Positions 50,234-64,000 of a stretch of DNA of 64,000 bases are shown here, piece by piece. The stretch is taken from assembly GCA_002633005.1 (NCBI GenBank), contig NMRA01000421.1:262171-326170 (forward strand), in the 5' to 3' direction. Every line of letters starts with the position of its first letter. Position 1 is the first letter of the stretch. Below the pieces are notes generated by a model. The model did not search any database. It was not told where the DNA came from and saw nothing but the letters and a program-made list of their open reading frames with translations. The stretch is from Phoronis australis (taxonomy: Eukaryota > Animalia > Phoronida). Position numbers and translations under genes: made by a program.

Positions 50234-53200
50234 ATGAATGAGCCAATACTGCGACTGAGGAAGCTTGACTTCCCTGACAATGTGAGATGTGCCCTCAGTG
50301 AGATGGCCCACTGTATAACTCGAGCAGCTGGTGCCCACATCCCAGGACTTGGTAATGACCCTCTTGAACTAGCCAAGGATATCATGTTGCAGTTCATTTT
50401 CTACGGGGAAACTACGGTATGGTTTGTGAAAATGCATCTAATTGTGTTCAGTGTTGTAGTGTGGGGTAGGCGTTCGTAGGCGCAGCCAACCACCTTTTGG
50501 CATTTGACTGTAGCGCCTACGCACCTTAAGTTACTTTCAGTGCAGTGATACGGTGAGCTTTGGGCGCCTATGTAGCCCTTATTTTACCACTACAGCACTG
50601 ATAGTGTTAAACTAATTGTAGATAAGTTGTTCCATGATGAATCACTTTTAGGGCAATACTCAGTGTAAAGTTCAGTCAGAGACTAGGTCTCATCTGAATG
50701 GCCAAGCCATTTAGTTTCAGTACCCATATTTGAATGTCCTACATTTTTTGCTTATCAGACCTTTTTCATAACTTACCAATTGTTGTTGATAATTCTTGTA
50801 ATTAATTAGCACACTTATGGAAATTTCACTTTTATGGCATCCCATGAAGCTTAAACTAGCGAAAAATATTATTTGAGACGTCACGTATTGCCAACCACTC
50901 GGGGTTAAAGACCTATCACTCGGGGTCAAAGGCCAACCAGCCAAGGTCAAAGGCCAATCTGCATATCATGGCACCATATGTCCAACACAAAAAATGATTT
51001 GTTGATTCAAAAACTTTCTCTTTTAATTTTGTAACTTTTTGGTAATTAACCAAAATTTTGAATCCTAGTTTTTATTTGTTATGTCAGAAATTGTGCTACT
51101 AATTAAAGTTAAATCTATAACTCCATCACACCCATCAAAATAAAGATTTTTAACTGATTAAAATAGGCTTGGTTGTTATTTTTACTTTGAAGACATGCAT
51201 AAGGTGAACTTTGTCTTGTAACGAAGATTCTAAAAGGATACTTGTCTGGTACTGTTACATTGAAGTCAAAAAGTCGCTAAATGGATTTCAATTGAATGCA
51301 AATCTGGACTTTACGCATTTGCTGAAAAGTTTTGCTTTACAATATGTTCTAATCCACCATCTTGAATATTTATAAATAAATAAACCACTTACAGTCACAG
51401 TGCATTTCCCATGTAAGTGGATGACAAGACATTTTTCGGTTGTTTTTGAAATATTTATGACTAAAATATAATATACAATTATAATTGGAATTAAGCTCAG
51501 AAAGTGCGAGAAAGCATCATATCTGGGCATAAAACCAATGGTTTTCAAAAGCTTTTCAACGATGTCATTTTCAGCATATTCAGGTTTGCCACAAACTCAT
51601 TGTTCTTCCTGATAACCACCTGTGCTCAATTTTGGCATGTATTTGAAAGATTTTGATGCTGTCGGTAAAAGTCTGTCATTTGCGAGGTCGGCCACATTTT
51701 CATGAAGTCCATCCTAGGGTCAGTATTTAATGCTGTTAATTAGCACTCGATACAAAAAAGTGTTTAATTTTTTTAAATTAGAACCTTATCACAAATTAAT
51801 ACAATGACTAATTATTATTATTATTATTAATCACCTTGGCATAGATTGATCAGCAAAGCCAAGATCGGAGGGATAAAAGATAACTTCGTAAATATTATGA
51901 AAGTCTCCCTGTCCAAACAACCGCACAGTATTCACGTAGTGATGTATTCTCCATTTACTTGCTATTTAAGAGGAGTCTACTTGATATTCCCAGGTTCCTG
52001 TTGAGCTCAATGAAAAACATAGTTTGTTTACTCTACCTTGTTCTACATTCATTCAAGTATGCAAGGGCTACATTCATAGCTCAGAACCTTGGACTCACGA
52101 ATTCTTGGGCCTCATTCTTATTTAAATAATACATTTGTCCAATTCACAATTTTAGGATCAACCACCCCCAATAAACTCTGAAACATTTCATTTTCTAATG
52201 GTTTTGATGTTCTTGTAGACACGATTTATGAGACTTAAAGGCCCAATTTGATTTTCGTTTTTTAGCCAGCTAAACAAGGCAAAATGTGGCTTTATTCTTA
52301 TTCTGCTAAATGACTATTGCACTAAGTATGTCAGAGTTTGACACAGTTTGAACACTCTTGTGTTTGAGCAGATCTTGCTGTAAGGCGAAGGCCTTATTGG
52401 TGCTGCACAAACATACATCCACTGTAGAGACACCACCTGTATTGCTTCAAACTTGCTGTTTTGTTATTCAAAAGATCAGCTTATTATATAGATGGCTGTA
52501 TTGTCTTACCACATGCTCATTGCTGATCCTCTACAATATCAATTGTTATACTGTAGTTTTGATACGTACTCACAAACATAAACTGTTTTTGTCTTAACAG
52601 CTGACACCCAGAAATGCCAGATATTATTGTTTTATACTCACAAATAACATGTGTCATAATTATGTTGCTATTATGAAAGTGATATCATAACACTCACAAA
52701 GATCTACTGTTGCTGTCTTGATATTCAGAAACTCAACCCACTCTACGAGCTTCAAATCCTAGAGGTCATGTGTCACTATGCAGAAAGCGAGGCTGATGAG
52801 AACAACCTGTCCTCTGTGTTCAACTTTATCTTCTCTGAAGGGGACCCACTCCGCCAGGAGTTATTGCACAAGCTGATTTCCATGGGAGTTGGAATCCAAA
52901 GCAAAAGGCTCCTGGACTGGGCGTCATCTTGGATGCAGGTACTGTCAACTGTATGGCTGTAGTCAGTAAGGCTTGTGGTGTAGTTACCATAGGTACATTT
53001 GTACACATCTGTACTAGAAGACGGAATGATACAGGAATTTACAGGACAAATGGAAATATGACAGGTTCACTTGGTGATCCACGTAAAACTCATCTTCACT
53101 AAACGGAAGAATATATGTTTGTGTAGGACCTTGAAAAAATATCAAAATTTTGCCAAATTTGGGATGTCATAATTCAGAAATGACACGTTGGGTTCATGTA

Positions 53201-56200
53201 AAAGTATCACATGCTATGCTTTATGTACTGTTCTGTCAGGAAGTATTTTTAAGGTGTTCGTTCCACTTTTGAATTAGGGACTATAAAAATAGGACTTTTG
53301 TTACTTCTATGAAAAACATCAAAAGTTGCATAAAATGGAAGCCAAATTATAGCTTAGAAAATTGTTAACAGTGTTTTTTGAGATTTCATCTGGAACATTT
53401 ATATCAAACAAAGTTTGATCTTGTTATTGGTACTGTTCTTTGGCTAGCTTCCATTTGTAAAATTTTACTATAATGATAAGATCTTGTGGTCCAATTAATG
53501 GCAGATTGGTATCAAGTCAAAAATCAAATTCTACAGGCTTTCTGCTTTCAGAAAATGTACGAACTAAGGTAATATCTATTGTTCTGTACATATTCGGCCA
53601 AGTACACAGACCTGTGGATAAGATCTTACATAACCTTAAAGTGCTTTTTCAAAAAATCATTCAGTGACCTGCATAGTTCTCGGAAACATCTATCAACAGT
53701 CTAATACTATGTTAAAATCTCACAAATTTAAGACACTTTGTGGTGATCAAAAGATAAGCAGCCCAATATACAACTGTAAACACTTTTTTCATTTTAATTT
53801 CTATAACAGTAGCCTGCCATAGCTGCCACAAGACAATATTTTGTGAAGTCATTAGAAGCCTTTGAAAAACATAAAAGACCAATTTTGGCTTTTGTTTTTG
53901 TCTGTTTTCAGCATTGTATTTTTCACTTAATAGCACATGGCAGTAGAAAGTTGATTCTTCGTTGTTCCAGATGAGTGATTGTACCAGTAAGTCATGCCTA
54001 AGTCTCATCCAGTCGGTAGTGCAGGACTACTGCGCTCTGGTGCCCACTGCCACCTCCCTATTGGTCAATCTACCAGTAGTTTCCCGATCCTTCACGTCAT
54101 GTTTTCTCACTGCTGTATCGCACATCTACGACACAGGAATCAGAGGGGGTAATTCATTATTCTTAACTATTATGTGCCCACATATTTATATGTGGACGCA
54201 TTATGCTGTCAAACCTGTCTGTCCGTCCGGTGTCCACTGCTCTATCTCCAAAACTCTATGATTTATGTTCATAAAATTTTGCACAAGTTCCTTTCATGAA
54301 TGGAATAACAGTGGCAATTTTAGTTTTTTACGTTTATCTCTGTATCTTCAAAGGTCCTCGACGAATTTCATAAAATTTGGCTCATAGGCATCTATTAGTG
54401 AGATGACGCTATCCTTTCCTATCAATTCGATGTATTTTGCACCACATAGTGACCATTTTACTGTTTTCGAATATCTGTTTCTTGGCATCTGCCCCTCTAC
54501 CAACCAAACCACTCTAAGGATGATTGTGAAAATTGGCATATACGTTCTTAGTGTGAAGAGGATGGTTTCTCCTAAACCCACTACAGGATCTTTATTAAAC
54601 GTTTAGCAATTTTATTCATGTGAATTTGACAATGGACGACGACGACTTTCAGACCCATCAGACAAATGCTGTGCACCCTAGTGGCAATTTCTTTTTTCCA
54701 TTTTCCTCTGTTTTTCTGAAGTTCCTTAACAGATTTTTATGAAATTTAATAATAACTTTCTATTATTGAAATGACAACACAATCCTGTTTTTGGGTGGAT
54801 TTAATGTACTTTGCGCCATCTAGTGGCCATTTTTATGATACAAATAAACACCCCTAGAACCACACCATTTGCGGTGCATTCGTGTGTGTATTTTAGCACT
54901 CCACGTTGCTCGTTTGTAATGACGCAGTTCAAACTTCAAGTTACTAAATGGTTGACGCATTTACTTGACACGGGTCAAATATGGATTTCCTTTCAAAACT
55001 GACGGGTTGTTAAGAGGACAAGTTCTACTCAAAGTGCAATAATTAAGCTAATGAGATTATTTGTAATTTGTAACTTTACTTTAAATGAGTTGTTACTGTA
55101 GTGTGCGTGGAATATCATTGCAAGCAATGTCACTGACCAACAACATTTGTCCTACCAAAATATCAATGAGTGTCCCTCTATTAAGGACCGTTTTGTTAGA
55201 AATTACAATCTTAATTGCAGTGCTCTTCATTACACCCTTGGCTAATTAGGCCTACTGGAATCAATCATACTTTTTCTTAACAGGTTTAGGGTCATCATCA
55301 AAGGTCCAAAGGCGTCCCATGTTTCCAGTTTCGTTGCTCAGAATCATCACAGATTGGATACACAGTGACAGTAATTTATGCCTTGGTTCATTACAAAACA
55401 GTGTAGGGAGTCCCAGCCAACCGCAGACATGTATACTTGGCCTTATGCAGTACTGCATTCTCATGCCATGTCTTCACAATGAGGACATTGATAAGGACAC
55501 AGAACTGCTACACTCACAGCTCCACCTGGGGCTGCTACAGACACTGCTCCAGTTGAAGGGGTCAAGTCGTGAGGTCATTACCCGGGGCGACGTGCAGGAA
55601 GTCGTCGCAGTGCTGACCAAGGTTCAGCAGAATCTGCCGTACTCTGTGAACAGCAACACTTTCCGCATGGTTGTCAATAGGCTAGCTCAATTTCTACAAG
55701 TTGCCATGGATACCGGGGCACTCAGAACAAATAAAGGTAAACGAAAGTTGTTAAGATTGCCTGTTTTTACACATTCCATTCATTCTGATCATGTTTATAG
55801 CTTTTCTGTGATTAATGTAATCTCTATTTTCATTCAATTTCAACAGTTTAATAATATCCTTTTCAGCCAACTGGGCCTACTTTAACGGGCCAGGGGCCTG
55901 CATCTCCAAGAGTGACGTGGCCTTTATTTTCGGCTAAAATCAATCAAGGGATGGCATTGCCCGTTTCATGAAGTCATGCTTAGGCTGGTAGTCAGAAAAT
56001 TTGTCAACAACTTGGAAGTCAAATGACAGAAATCTGTAGTCTGTTCCACTAGACATAAGACAAAATGTTTCGAGAAATGCGTAAGACAGAAAATCTATGG
56101 CTATTCATAGTCAGATTTCTGACTTTTGGCTAAAGACCACGACAAAAGTTAATGGTCTCTTCCAGCAACATGGCTCAGGGGTTGAAATTTGGTGCCTTGG

Positions 56201-57517
56201 CATTATTAGTTAAGTGTTTGGTCATTTTATGGTTTATACTCAAGTCACGATATGTGTGGCATGTGGCGTGTTCACTGTGATAATTTATATTCAGGTGTCT
56301 TCATTTCTCATAAACTTTGCAAGGTCAAGAGTGTTGATTTTTACAACACAGTGTCTTTTAAGTTTGAGGAAAAATAATATAGATTGTCGGTTTTTCCATT
56401 TTTCAAATGCTCGTTGCACTAGAGACTTCACTGTGTGTTCAATAATGACAGCAGTGCTGCACAAATTGTTCTAAACTGATATAGTGAAGACCTTTCTTGC
56501 CATGTATTTTTTGAAAAAAAAATGCTCACTATTTCACTGTTTTGCTAGATTGGCACAGCTGTGCAAGTCAGTTCTCTTTAGTGACCCATCTTATGTGAAA
56601 AAAGGGTTGTAACGGTTGTTATTTGTCTTGAATGTTCAGATATCAAGCATACTTGTACTGCAAGTTGTCAACTAAGCATCCTTCTTGAAAAAATGAACAT
56701 GGATGCTTTGAACATTTATGAACATGTGTCACTTCATGCAAAAGTTTGATCAAAATTTTGGTTACTTTTCATAACGAATTTCTGCGCTTCACAAAATCAT
56801 GGATTGCCGCTTACAATTTCTTAAGAAAAGGCCTAGTTCGCTGTAAATGGCATGTTTCGCCACTTTGTGCCTATAAAATTAGAACCCATAGATCATCTGA
56901 TGTTAATACCCATCTTCTCCAACAGAAAAACTAAAGAATGCCCTGAATGGGTAATCTCCCAGAAGTAACCAGTACAAGTTTATTTAGCATTGGTAATAGT
57001 GCTATCGGTATTAGTTTGAATGGTTCTGTGACTGTAGATAAATTGCAATAAACATGTATTTAATTAGGACCCGTTGTTTGCTTATTTCTTAATTGGTGAT
57101 CTGGTGTTCTTTTATTTTACAGATGAGCTGCAGTCACTGTGTAAACCAATTAAACCCACGAGGTATGTTTACACCCCACATATGCACTCCATAGGCATGT
57201 GTAGCCTTGTTGTCTGATCACTTTGTAACTAAGGAAGTAATGTGCAGTTTCCATCATAGATCAGTTGTAACCTTTCGTGATCATAGATCTTATTTTTTGC
57301 CACATAATGTCTACAAGAACACCATTTCAAGGGTAGTGCTAGGTTATCAAGTTTGATGTGTAGCAGTCGGATTGTGACACTCAACACAATATTTCGTGGC
57401 ATCTCGTGTAGTTTTGGAAGATGCTTCAAAGATTTAATACAATTCTGGTTTTACCTTTTCAGGTTACTACAAATAGTGCTTGGTATTCAGACTTACCAAG
57501 AACCTATGGAGCATTGA
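50234..57517 (+). CDS. INTS15: Integrator complex subunit 15 (C7orf26 homolog), 6 exons, ~372 aa
   Basis: Exons 50234-50416, 52729-52938, 53971-54148, 55284-55736, 57123-57162, 57463-57517 (1119 nt, in frame). Motifs KLNPLYELQILEVMCHY, LDWASSWMQ, VQDYCALVP, FLTAVSHIYD, HSQLHLGLLQ, RLAQFLQVAMDTGAL..KDELQSLC, LLQIVL match C7orf26/INTS15. Confidence 0.9.
50449..50600. mobile_element. Canonical hAT MITE with 8-bp TSD
   Basis: TIR CAGTGTTGTAGTG / CACTACAGCACTG; flanks ATTGTGTT and ATAGTGTT (1 mismatch); subterminal GTAGGCG/CGCCTAC repeats. Confidence 0.75.
54170..54914 (+). mobile_element. HINE/Helentron-type element (copy 3) in INTS15 intron 3
   Basis: 5' TTATGTGCCCACATATTTATATGTGGACGCAT hairpin, (CTGT/CCGT)n microsatellite, monomers, and 3' end GTGCATTCGTG...CACTCCACGTTGCTCGTT. 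Confidence 0.8.
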
Positions 57518-57531
57518 GCAATGGTGGATAA

Positions 57532-57946
57532 ACCTGGGCCCGGTCTCCAATCTTTTTACTCGAAATGGAACTCGAAATTAGGTTTGGCATTTTCTACTCT
57601 ACTTTTGGGCGAACTCAAGATAAGTGTCTATTATTCTATGCTCGAGTACACAATAACTTATGTAGATAATTTATTGCCCTTAGTTCACAGTTTGTAAACC
57701 CAATATTAAAGCAATAAGTTCGAGTTTGAACTCAAAATTTTGAGTTTTTAATCGAGTCAGTTTGTAGCACGAATATAAGGGTCTCCAAGGGCAAACTTGA
57801 ACTAGAAACTCCTATGCATAAACTATAATGTATTCGAGCACAGTCTGATAACCAATTATCTTAAGTTCGCACAAAAGGAGCAGAGAAATTGCCAAAAATA
57901 GTTTCGAGTTCGTTTCGAGTACAAAGATTAGAGACCGGGCCCAGGT
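57532..57946. mobile_element. PIF/Harbinger-like MITE immediately after the INTS15 stop codon
   Basis: ~45-bp TIRs ACCTGGGCCCGGTCTCCAATCTTTTTACTCGAAA ... TTTCGAGTACAAAGATTAGAGACCGGGCCCAGGT; CWG-type target context; internal CTCGAA/TTCGAG repeats. Confidence 0.85.
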
Positions 57947-59112
57947 CTACTCACAGGACCAACCTGTACTTGTCTCGCACACAACACATCATCAGATGTG
58001 ACTTCATTGTAAGCCTGTTGCAACTGTGAAGACATGTGACTCATCTTCGCGAGGGACAGCCGTTATTCATTGCAACATGTGATATACAGATGACAGAATA
58101 TCTCCTAGAGGATTCGACATTCACTAGAAAAAGTCCTCCTTTTGATCACCTGAGTAGATTAACAACACCATGGGTGTGATAAGGGGCCCACATGACACAA
58201 GGCCATGCATCCCTCTAAGTACAACGCTCGTTTTACTTGTGACTCCGTGAATTTATAGTTCCTCATTCACATGCATGGGGTTCACAAAGCAGTGGAATTC
58301 TGAGTACCAAAATGGCCCATGGGTGAATTATTTCAACAGAGAAGGAATAACCACCAATTTCTCCTTTGGCAGAGACTCATTGTGTTTTCAAATGAACAAG
58401 CTAAGAGAGACATCTTTTGTCATTCACTGTCCTGAAGTTATAAAACAAAATGTGAAACTGACACAACTGTTGTGTGCTGGGATTTCCAGTTGTTTCTTGG
58501 AGTCCTCCTGGCATTTCTATTCAAAAGCGACACAATTTGAATGCGAGAGCCCTCTCTATCCAACCAGTGATCTCCACAACCTACTTTAATGTGTCACCAT
58601 GATCTGTTTGCTGCTACATGTGACATTTGTTTGAATGTCCCTCAGTCATGCTAGGCATCGCTTGTAAATAAATTGCAATCAGTTTTTTAAATATAAAAAG
58701 TTGGATAAACATTAACTTGTTTTTCTGTGCTGTTGTGCATCACCGTTTTAGTACCTCAGGTGAGACTGCAGGAACAAGTGTTGAAATGCAGCAACAAGTA
58801 CATGTGCACTACAGATAATGTCAACCATTGTACACATGTGGCATGTTTCATGGTGCTCGCGCACTTTGGGTCTTCAGTAATAAAGAGCACAACTTATTCA
58901 ACAGAGGGCACCCAATTCTTACAGACTAGAATTGCAGTAACAGAAATAATGTACACACTTGTAAGTAAAGAGTTCATGGATTACAATACCAAGTATTTTA
59001 ATGTCTTGTGTCAACTATTCAGTCATCCTTTCTATAGTAGGTGTCATTTACATGTGAACCAATGGACATTAGGTATTTTTTCAAATACTCTGCTGTGGTT
59101 GCAATAATCCGG

Positions 59113-62100
59113 TCAATATGGTTTGAATTTCCTTTGAGCTTTCATTAGCTCTATTTTCTGTTTGTCTTCCTCAAACTGTTTGCGAAGTTCAGCGATGTCT
59201 GCAAAGCAAAACGTATGTTGTTAGTTCAGCAATTTGTGTAAAGACGGGTTATATTGAAAATGAGAGCAAGACTAAAAAGGTTAAAGGTCAGTTTGCGGCC
59301 ATAAGGTTAGCGTAAAATTGAGGACAAGTTCATGTAATCACTTTATTATGCCTAGTACATGAGTGCAATACCATGAATATAAATCGGCTGTTACGGTAAA
59401 CTTCATTATTGTTAAATTTTTTAAGCAAGTCATATTCATGAGATGAACATTTATTGACTTATACCAAGGTCAATATGTTAATTTTCCCACCCCAAAATGA
59501 TCCGAGGCTTAGTCGAGGTAATTAAGATGACTTCGTTTGAAACTAGCAAGTTGACAGAATGTCAATGAGAATTGTTTTATGAATGATTACATCTGTTAAG
59601 TAATTCACGGGACGAGGATTTTGCTTGTATGTCATCACTTGTTCAGTTGGTCAGCTACTAGCTTTTCAATCAAATTTGTTTGGAGATTTTGAAAAAAAAC
59701 TTGCACGAGATGCTTGTTACTGACAAAAAAAAACAATCACATTTTGGGAAAGATGCCATGTTTTGCAGTCATATAACGGATGTTTTTAAGGCAAAACAAT
59801 CGACAAACATCATTTGGTTACATCATTGCAATCGCAAGTTGTGTGTCAGTCCCCTCAGCATGCACGCGCTGAAGTCTGCGCAAATGAATGTTACAGTGAA
59901 GTAATCGTTCGGGTTAACGCCCTGGGCGGTTAAATTGGCGAACCCAAAAAATCGGGGGAGGGCGGTTAACCGAGCAGTGGGCGGTTAAATCGAAAATCCA
60001 CCTAAAGTGGGGGATGGGCGGTTAACCGAACATGGGTGTTTATTACGACAGTCAACCGCCCTGGGCGGTTAATCTTACCTGGCGATCTAAATCATGACAC
60101 GACACTCATACTGGGAACGCGTAGCCCTTTTCAAGGAGCTTTATCGTCACGTCGCCAAATGACTGTGAAAACATCATAACAGCGGATGATCCCAAGAAAG
60201 ATTCTCTTGCCCTCAGATTAGTCATTCACTATTAAATTTACAAAATTGCTGAGTAATAACCCCGTGCCNTTTTATCCTTTGTGAATTAGCATGTTGAAAG
60301 GAATTGTGATGCCTTGATGGAGATTTGCATTCACCCACTGATTTACACTTTGCGATTATTCAAAAACCACTGTTACCTCAGAATAAGGACATAAAAAGGA
60401 GTAAAAGATTTTTAAGTTCAGTGATGTGCAGTGATTAAGTAGTGACTTGCAAGCACGTATATTCTTGTATCGAATTGCCATCAGATCTCCAGAGCTTCAA
60501 AAAAATTTTTTTAAAGAATTAAATTGTAGATGCCATAGCACCTGGTCCAGTCGATATGAAAGTATGAGCGAAAAACTGATGACTTCAAAATATTGACCAC
60601 TGGTGATTTTAAAACTTCATAATTTGTCCAAACAATAACACTTACGTTCTCTTTTTGAATCCCGTAACTGGAAAGTGTAAAAGTCAAGTAACTCCTGCAA
60701 CAGAAAGAAACCTCATGGTAACTAGTCAACATCCAAATACAAGAATACGTTAGTGACCCATTGAAATGAGCTGTTCTGATACACCGTGACAGTTTTTTCT
60801 TTGTAGAACAAATGTTCAGTGCCACCTACAGTGAGATCACCTGGCTGCCTCGGGTGAAAGTTAGCTGGGCATATAACTATTGTCAAAGTGAATTGAATGA
60901 ATTAGGTACTAGTCCACCCAGTTGTACACACCTTGGTGTATGCTATGTGCTCAGTTAATTTTCACTTGTGACTTCATAGTTCTGTCTGCACTGAGCCCAG
61001 TCAGACCCGTTAAAAGTTAACAATAGATACAAGAAGACAATGCAAATTTGCCTTCCAACGTAATTAAAGGCAAACAGTAATAATGTTTTGGTGTTAATTG
61101 AAACACCATGAGAGAGAGAGAAACACTTATATTTAGATTAAGTTAAAATAATACAATGTTTAAATAATTCGATTTCCATTAGGAAGCCTTCTAAAGGCTA
61201 ATAAGAAGGTCCCTGTACAAAATAAATAAATGAAAATGCAACAATCATTAGGAATAGGTGAGGAAGCCATATATATAACATACTTAAGAAAACAAAGTGA
61301 ATTAGCGCTGAAAACAACCGACACGCCAGGAACCAAGAAGTGGACTGGCGCAGCTCAGGAGATTTTGGGTATACAATTAGATACTGTTACATATGAAGCA
61401 ATTGGAAACATGACAAACTGGATCGTAGTTGCTAATAATAAAATTGGGTAAGCACCTGGAGAATGCTTGCATGATGAGAAGAAAAAACAGTAGCCACCTT
61501 GCTAGGCCCAACAACAAGTAATGATACACAGACACAGTCAGTTACAGGGGAGTAACAACAGACTAGACTAACAATGACAACCTGTGGTGTGTCAGTGGCC
61601 TATTGAGCCTGGGCTTGCACTAATTGATGTGTTGAGCCTCACGAATTTTCAGCTCTTTTGTTGTTTGTGCTTGGTCTATTACAGCAAAGTCATTGAAAAA
61701 GCATTGCTCGTAACAATGATTGGAGCTCTGCAGATGAATATTAATATGTGAACTTCTGTCATGATTTAGAAGTTCCCTGGTTCGGGTTATCAAATGGCGA
61801 ATACAATTCGCCTAAATAACTGGACCACATCCATCACAGATAAATTTCTACACTATCCTGGACCGAAGACCCATAGGAATTCTGTTTTCTTTTTTTCTTC
61901 TGATGGAGTTTCAATAAACGCCAAAACATGTCAAGTCAGTTTAAATCTGTCGTTCTTATTAACATATGCTGCTACTTGCCATGATGGAGAAAAGGTAATA
62001 ATGAGTAAAACACAAACAATGGTTCACACGAAAAGGTTTCAAAAAAGCAAGCATGATTTGGCACTTACCATGATTACAACTAAACAGATGTTTGGCACTA

Positions 62101-63701
62101 TCACACAACTAAACAGCACAGCAGAAATGTTCTGTTATACATGGCACTGCAGCGGGCCTTCTCCACATTGGTTAAATTATAAATGGATCGTGACAAATGA
62201 CAAATAAATAAAAATGAAATGCCCCCACCATATTTTTATAGCAGTGGATCTTAATGTTTTTCGTCCGCTAATTAAACACAATAACGTATGCAAGAACATA
62301 GCGAAATGTAGCGAGTATATCACTTTAGTTTGTGACAAAGTAAATTATTCATCTAATCAACACTACACATCCAAAATAACTGGACAAAATGGCATTGAAT
62401 TACCCATCATGATGACGGACCACAAGCAGAATTCCCCGTCATGACAGAAACGGTTGAGTGCAGGTGGAATTCACCATCAGAATGGCTAGTCCTGATGGGT
62501 CACTACTAACTGCCACAACTGAGAAATGGAATTTTGTCCAATACATTTCTTGTAACTAGAAGAGTACAGTTGGGAATGACTACACAAAATTAGGAAAAGT
62601 TGCATAGTACTTCTTTGATTCTGATACACAGTTAAACGACCAACAATTATTCTTTAACATTACCCTTTCTCGCCTCTTTTTCTTCTCCCTATTCAATATT
62701 CTCTGTTCATGCGCCTCTGTCCGAGGGATCCCTTTATTCTTCCCATGCCGAGTCACTGTGACCCAGCCTTCATCATCAGCCACTCCCTCAAGCTCTTTGG
62801 CCCTTTGCTTTTCCTAGAGTATCATGAAAATAAAATTGTATGCTCACGTATTCATCCTAATTATTGAAATTATACGACACAATTATCAATCAATGTTCAA
62901 ATGTATTTTGAAATCAACTAATTCAAATCCAAATAAAAAGTTGTCAAATCCACTGCAGTGGCTATACCCCCTCTTCAGTCCGAGAGGCAAACTTCAATTA
63001 TCACTCTTGCAAGCATGTTGACAATTGGATTTGTGTGAAATGATAGTAGTGAAGACAATGCTGTGAGGAATGTTGATGGAAAGAGCCCACTAGAGACATC
63101 TGGTGAGTACTACTCTTGTATGGTATGATGGACTAGTGATGTCACAACTGTCACCTAGCTAACATTGCAGACATGCACATATTCAATTACACAGGAGAAC
63201 ACTGTCAAAAGTTTTAAAGGAGCAGCAAACCAGCTTTCTGTAATAAAAATTGACTTAGACAATTTACCATTATAAACAGGTTGCAACATGTTCTTTAATC
63301 AAATGAGACAAGATTTTTAGGTTTGGGAAAACTTTAAGTTCACTGCTAACAACCAGACTTAATAGGCTGGAATGTCATGACAGGTCATTTTATACACTAA
63401 GCAACAACACTAGCATCAACAAACCGTCAGCTCTACACAAGTCCAGAAATCTTGCCTATTCTCAGTCCCGTAAATCTTATGAGCAGTTTTATAACAGTAA
63501 ATGATCTAAATCAAAAGTTAAGTTACAGACATAAGGTAGGTACACTGTGCCTTTAACTATAAATATTACGCATTAACACAGTAAGAAAGGTGACAGAATA
63601 TACCTCTTCTTCTCTCTTGTCAAACTCCACCATGTATTGGTCTATTTCTTTCTGTAATTCTTCCTGGTCTATCAAGTGATCCTTGTATTGTTGACACCAC
63701 T
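59113..63701 (-). CDS. RRP7A: Ribosomal RNA-processing protein 7 homolog A, last 4 exons (5' part beyond the right edge)
   Basis: Exons 63701-63604, 62813-62664, 60694-60646, 59198-59113: WCQQYKDHLIDQEELQKEIDQYMVEFDKREEE-EKQRAKELEGVADDEGWVTVTR...-ELLDFYTFQLRDSKREHIAELRKQFEEDKQKIELMKAQRKFKPY*; the RRP7 C-terminal signature. Confidence 0.95.
59905..60075. repeat. Cluster of GGGCGGTTAA repeats (probable MITE relic)
   Basis: Five GGGCGGTTAA copies and two CGCCCTGGGCG palindromes within 170 bp. Confidence 0.55.
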
Positions 63702-64000
63702 CTGGGGAAAAACAAACTGGTCTCATCGCCAATCAAACTAAAGCGCATCAGTAACACTTTACAAGCTCTATTGCAAACTTGAAAACGATATTCAGTAAGA
63801 GATTTTATCGAGTACGGAAAGATACAGTGAGTGTTCAGTGGACCTCATAGATCTTACTATGGACTGTGCTTATGGCACTGGTGTATGTTAAAGCTGGAAT
63901 GTCACAATCGTCAACTTCAACTTAAGATCAGCCAGGTTCCCAACAAAGAAATATTAAAGGAATTTTTAAGACGGCGTCTTTTGTGGGCTTGAAATAGCAG

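Overview
AT-rich, intron-containing animal genomic DNA, probably an invertebrate such as a mollusc (inferred from gene structure and repeat content). Most entries in the supplied ORF track are spurious. Manual splicing gives seven GT-AG, phase-consistent gene models: (1) a RUN-domain gene on the minus strand running off the left edge, head-to-head with (2) galactokinase GALK1; (3) ciliary B9D1; (4,5) two tandemly duplicated 3-exon somatostatin/allatostatin-C-like peptide GPCRs; (6) Integrator subunit INTS15/C7orf26, convergent with (7) RRP7A, which runs off the right edge. Introns and intergenic DNA are rich in transposon relics. The most interesting signals are a Helentron-type (HINE) repeat family whose internal ~145-bp monomers carry co-oriented CTCF-like motifs; five CAG/CAT-ended DNA elements with unusual 5-bp target-site duplications; apparent gene conversion between the GPCR paralogs that spares the extracellular loops; and a 35-bp minisatellite present in only one paralog. 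Two duplications beside single Ns look like haplotype/assembly artefacts.
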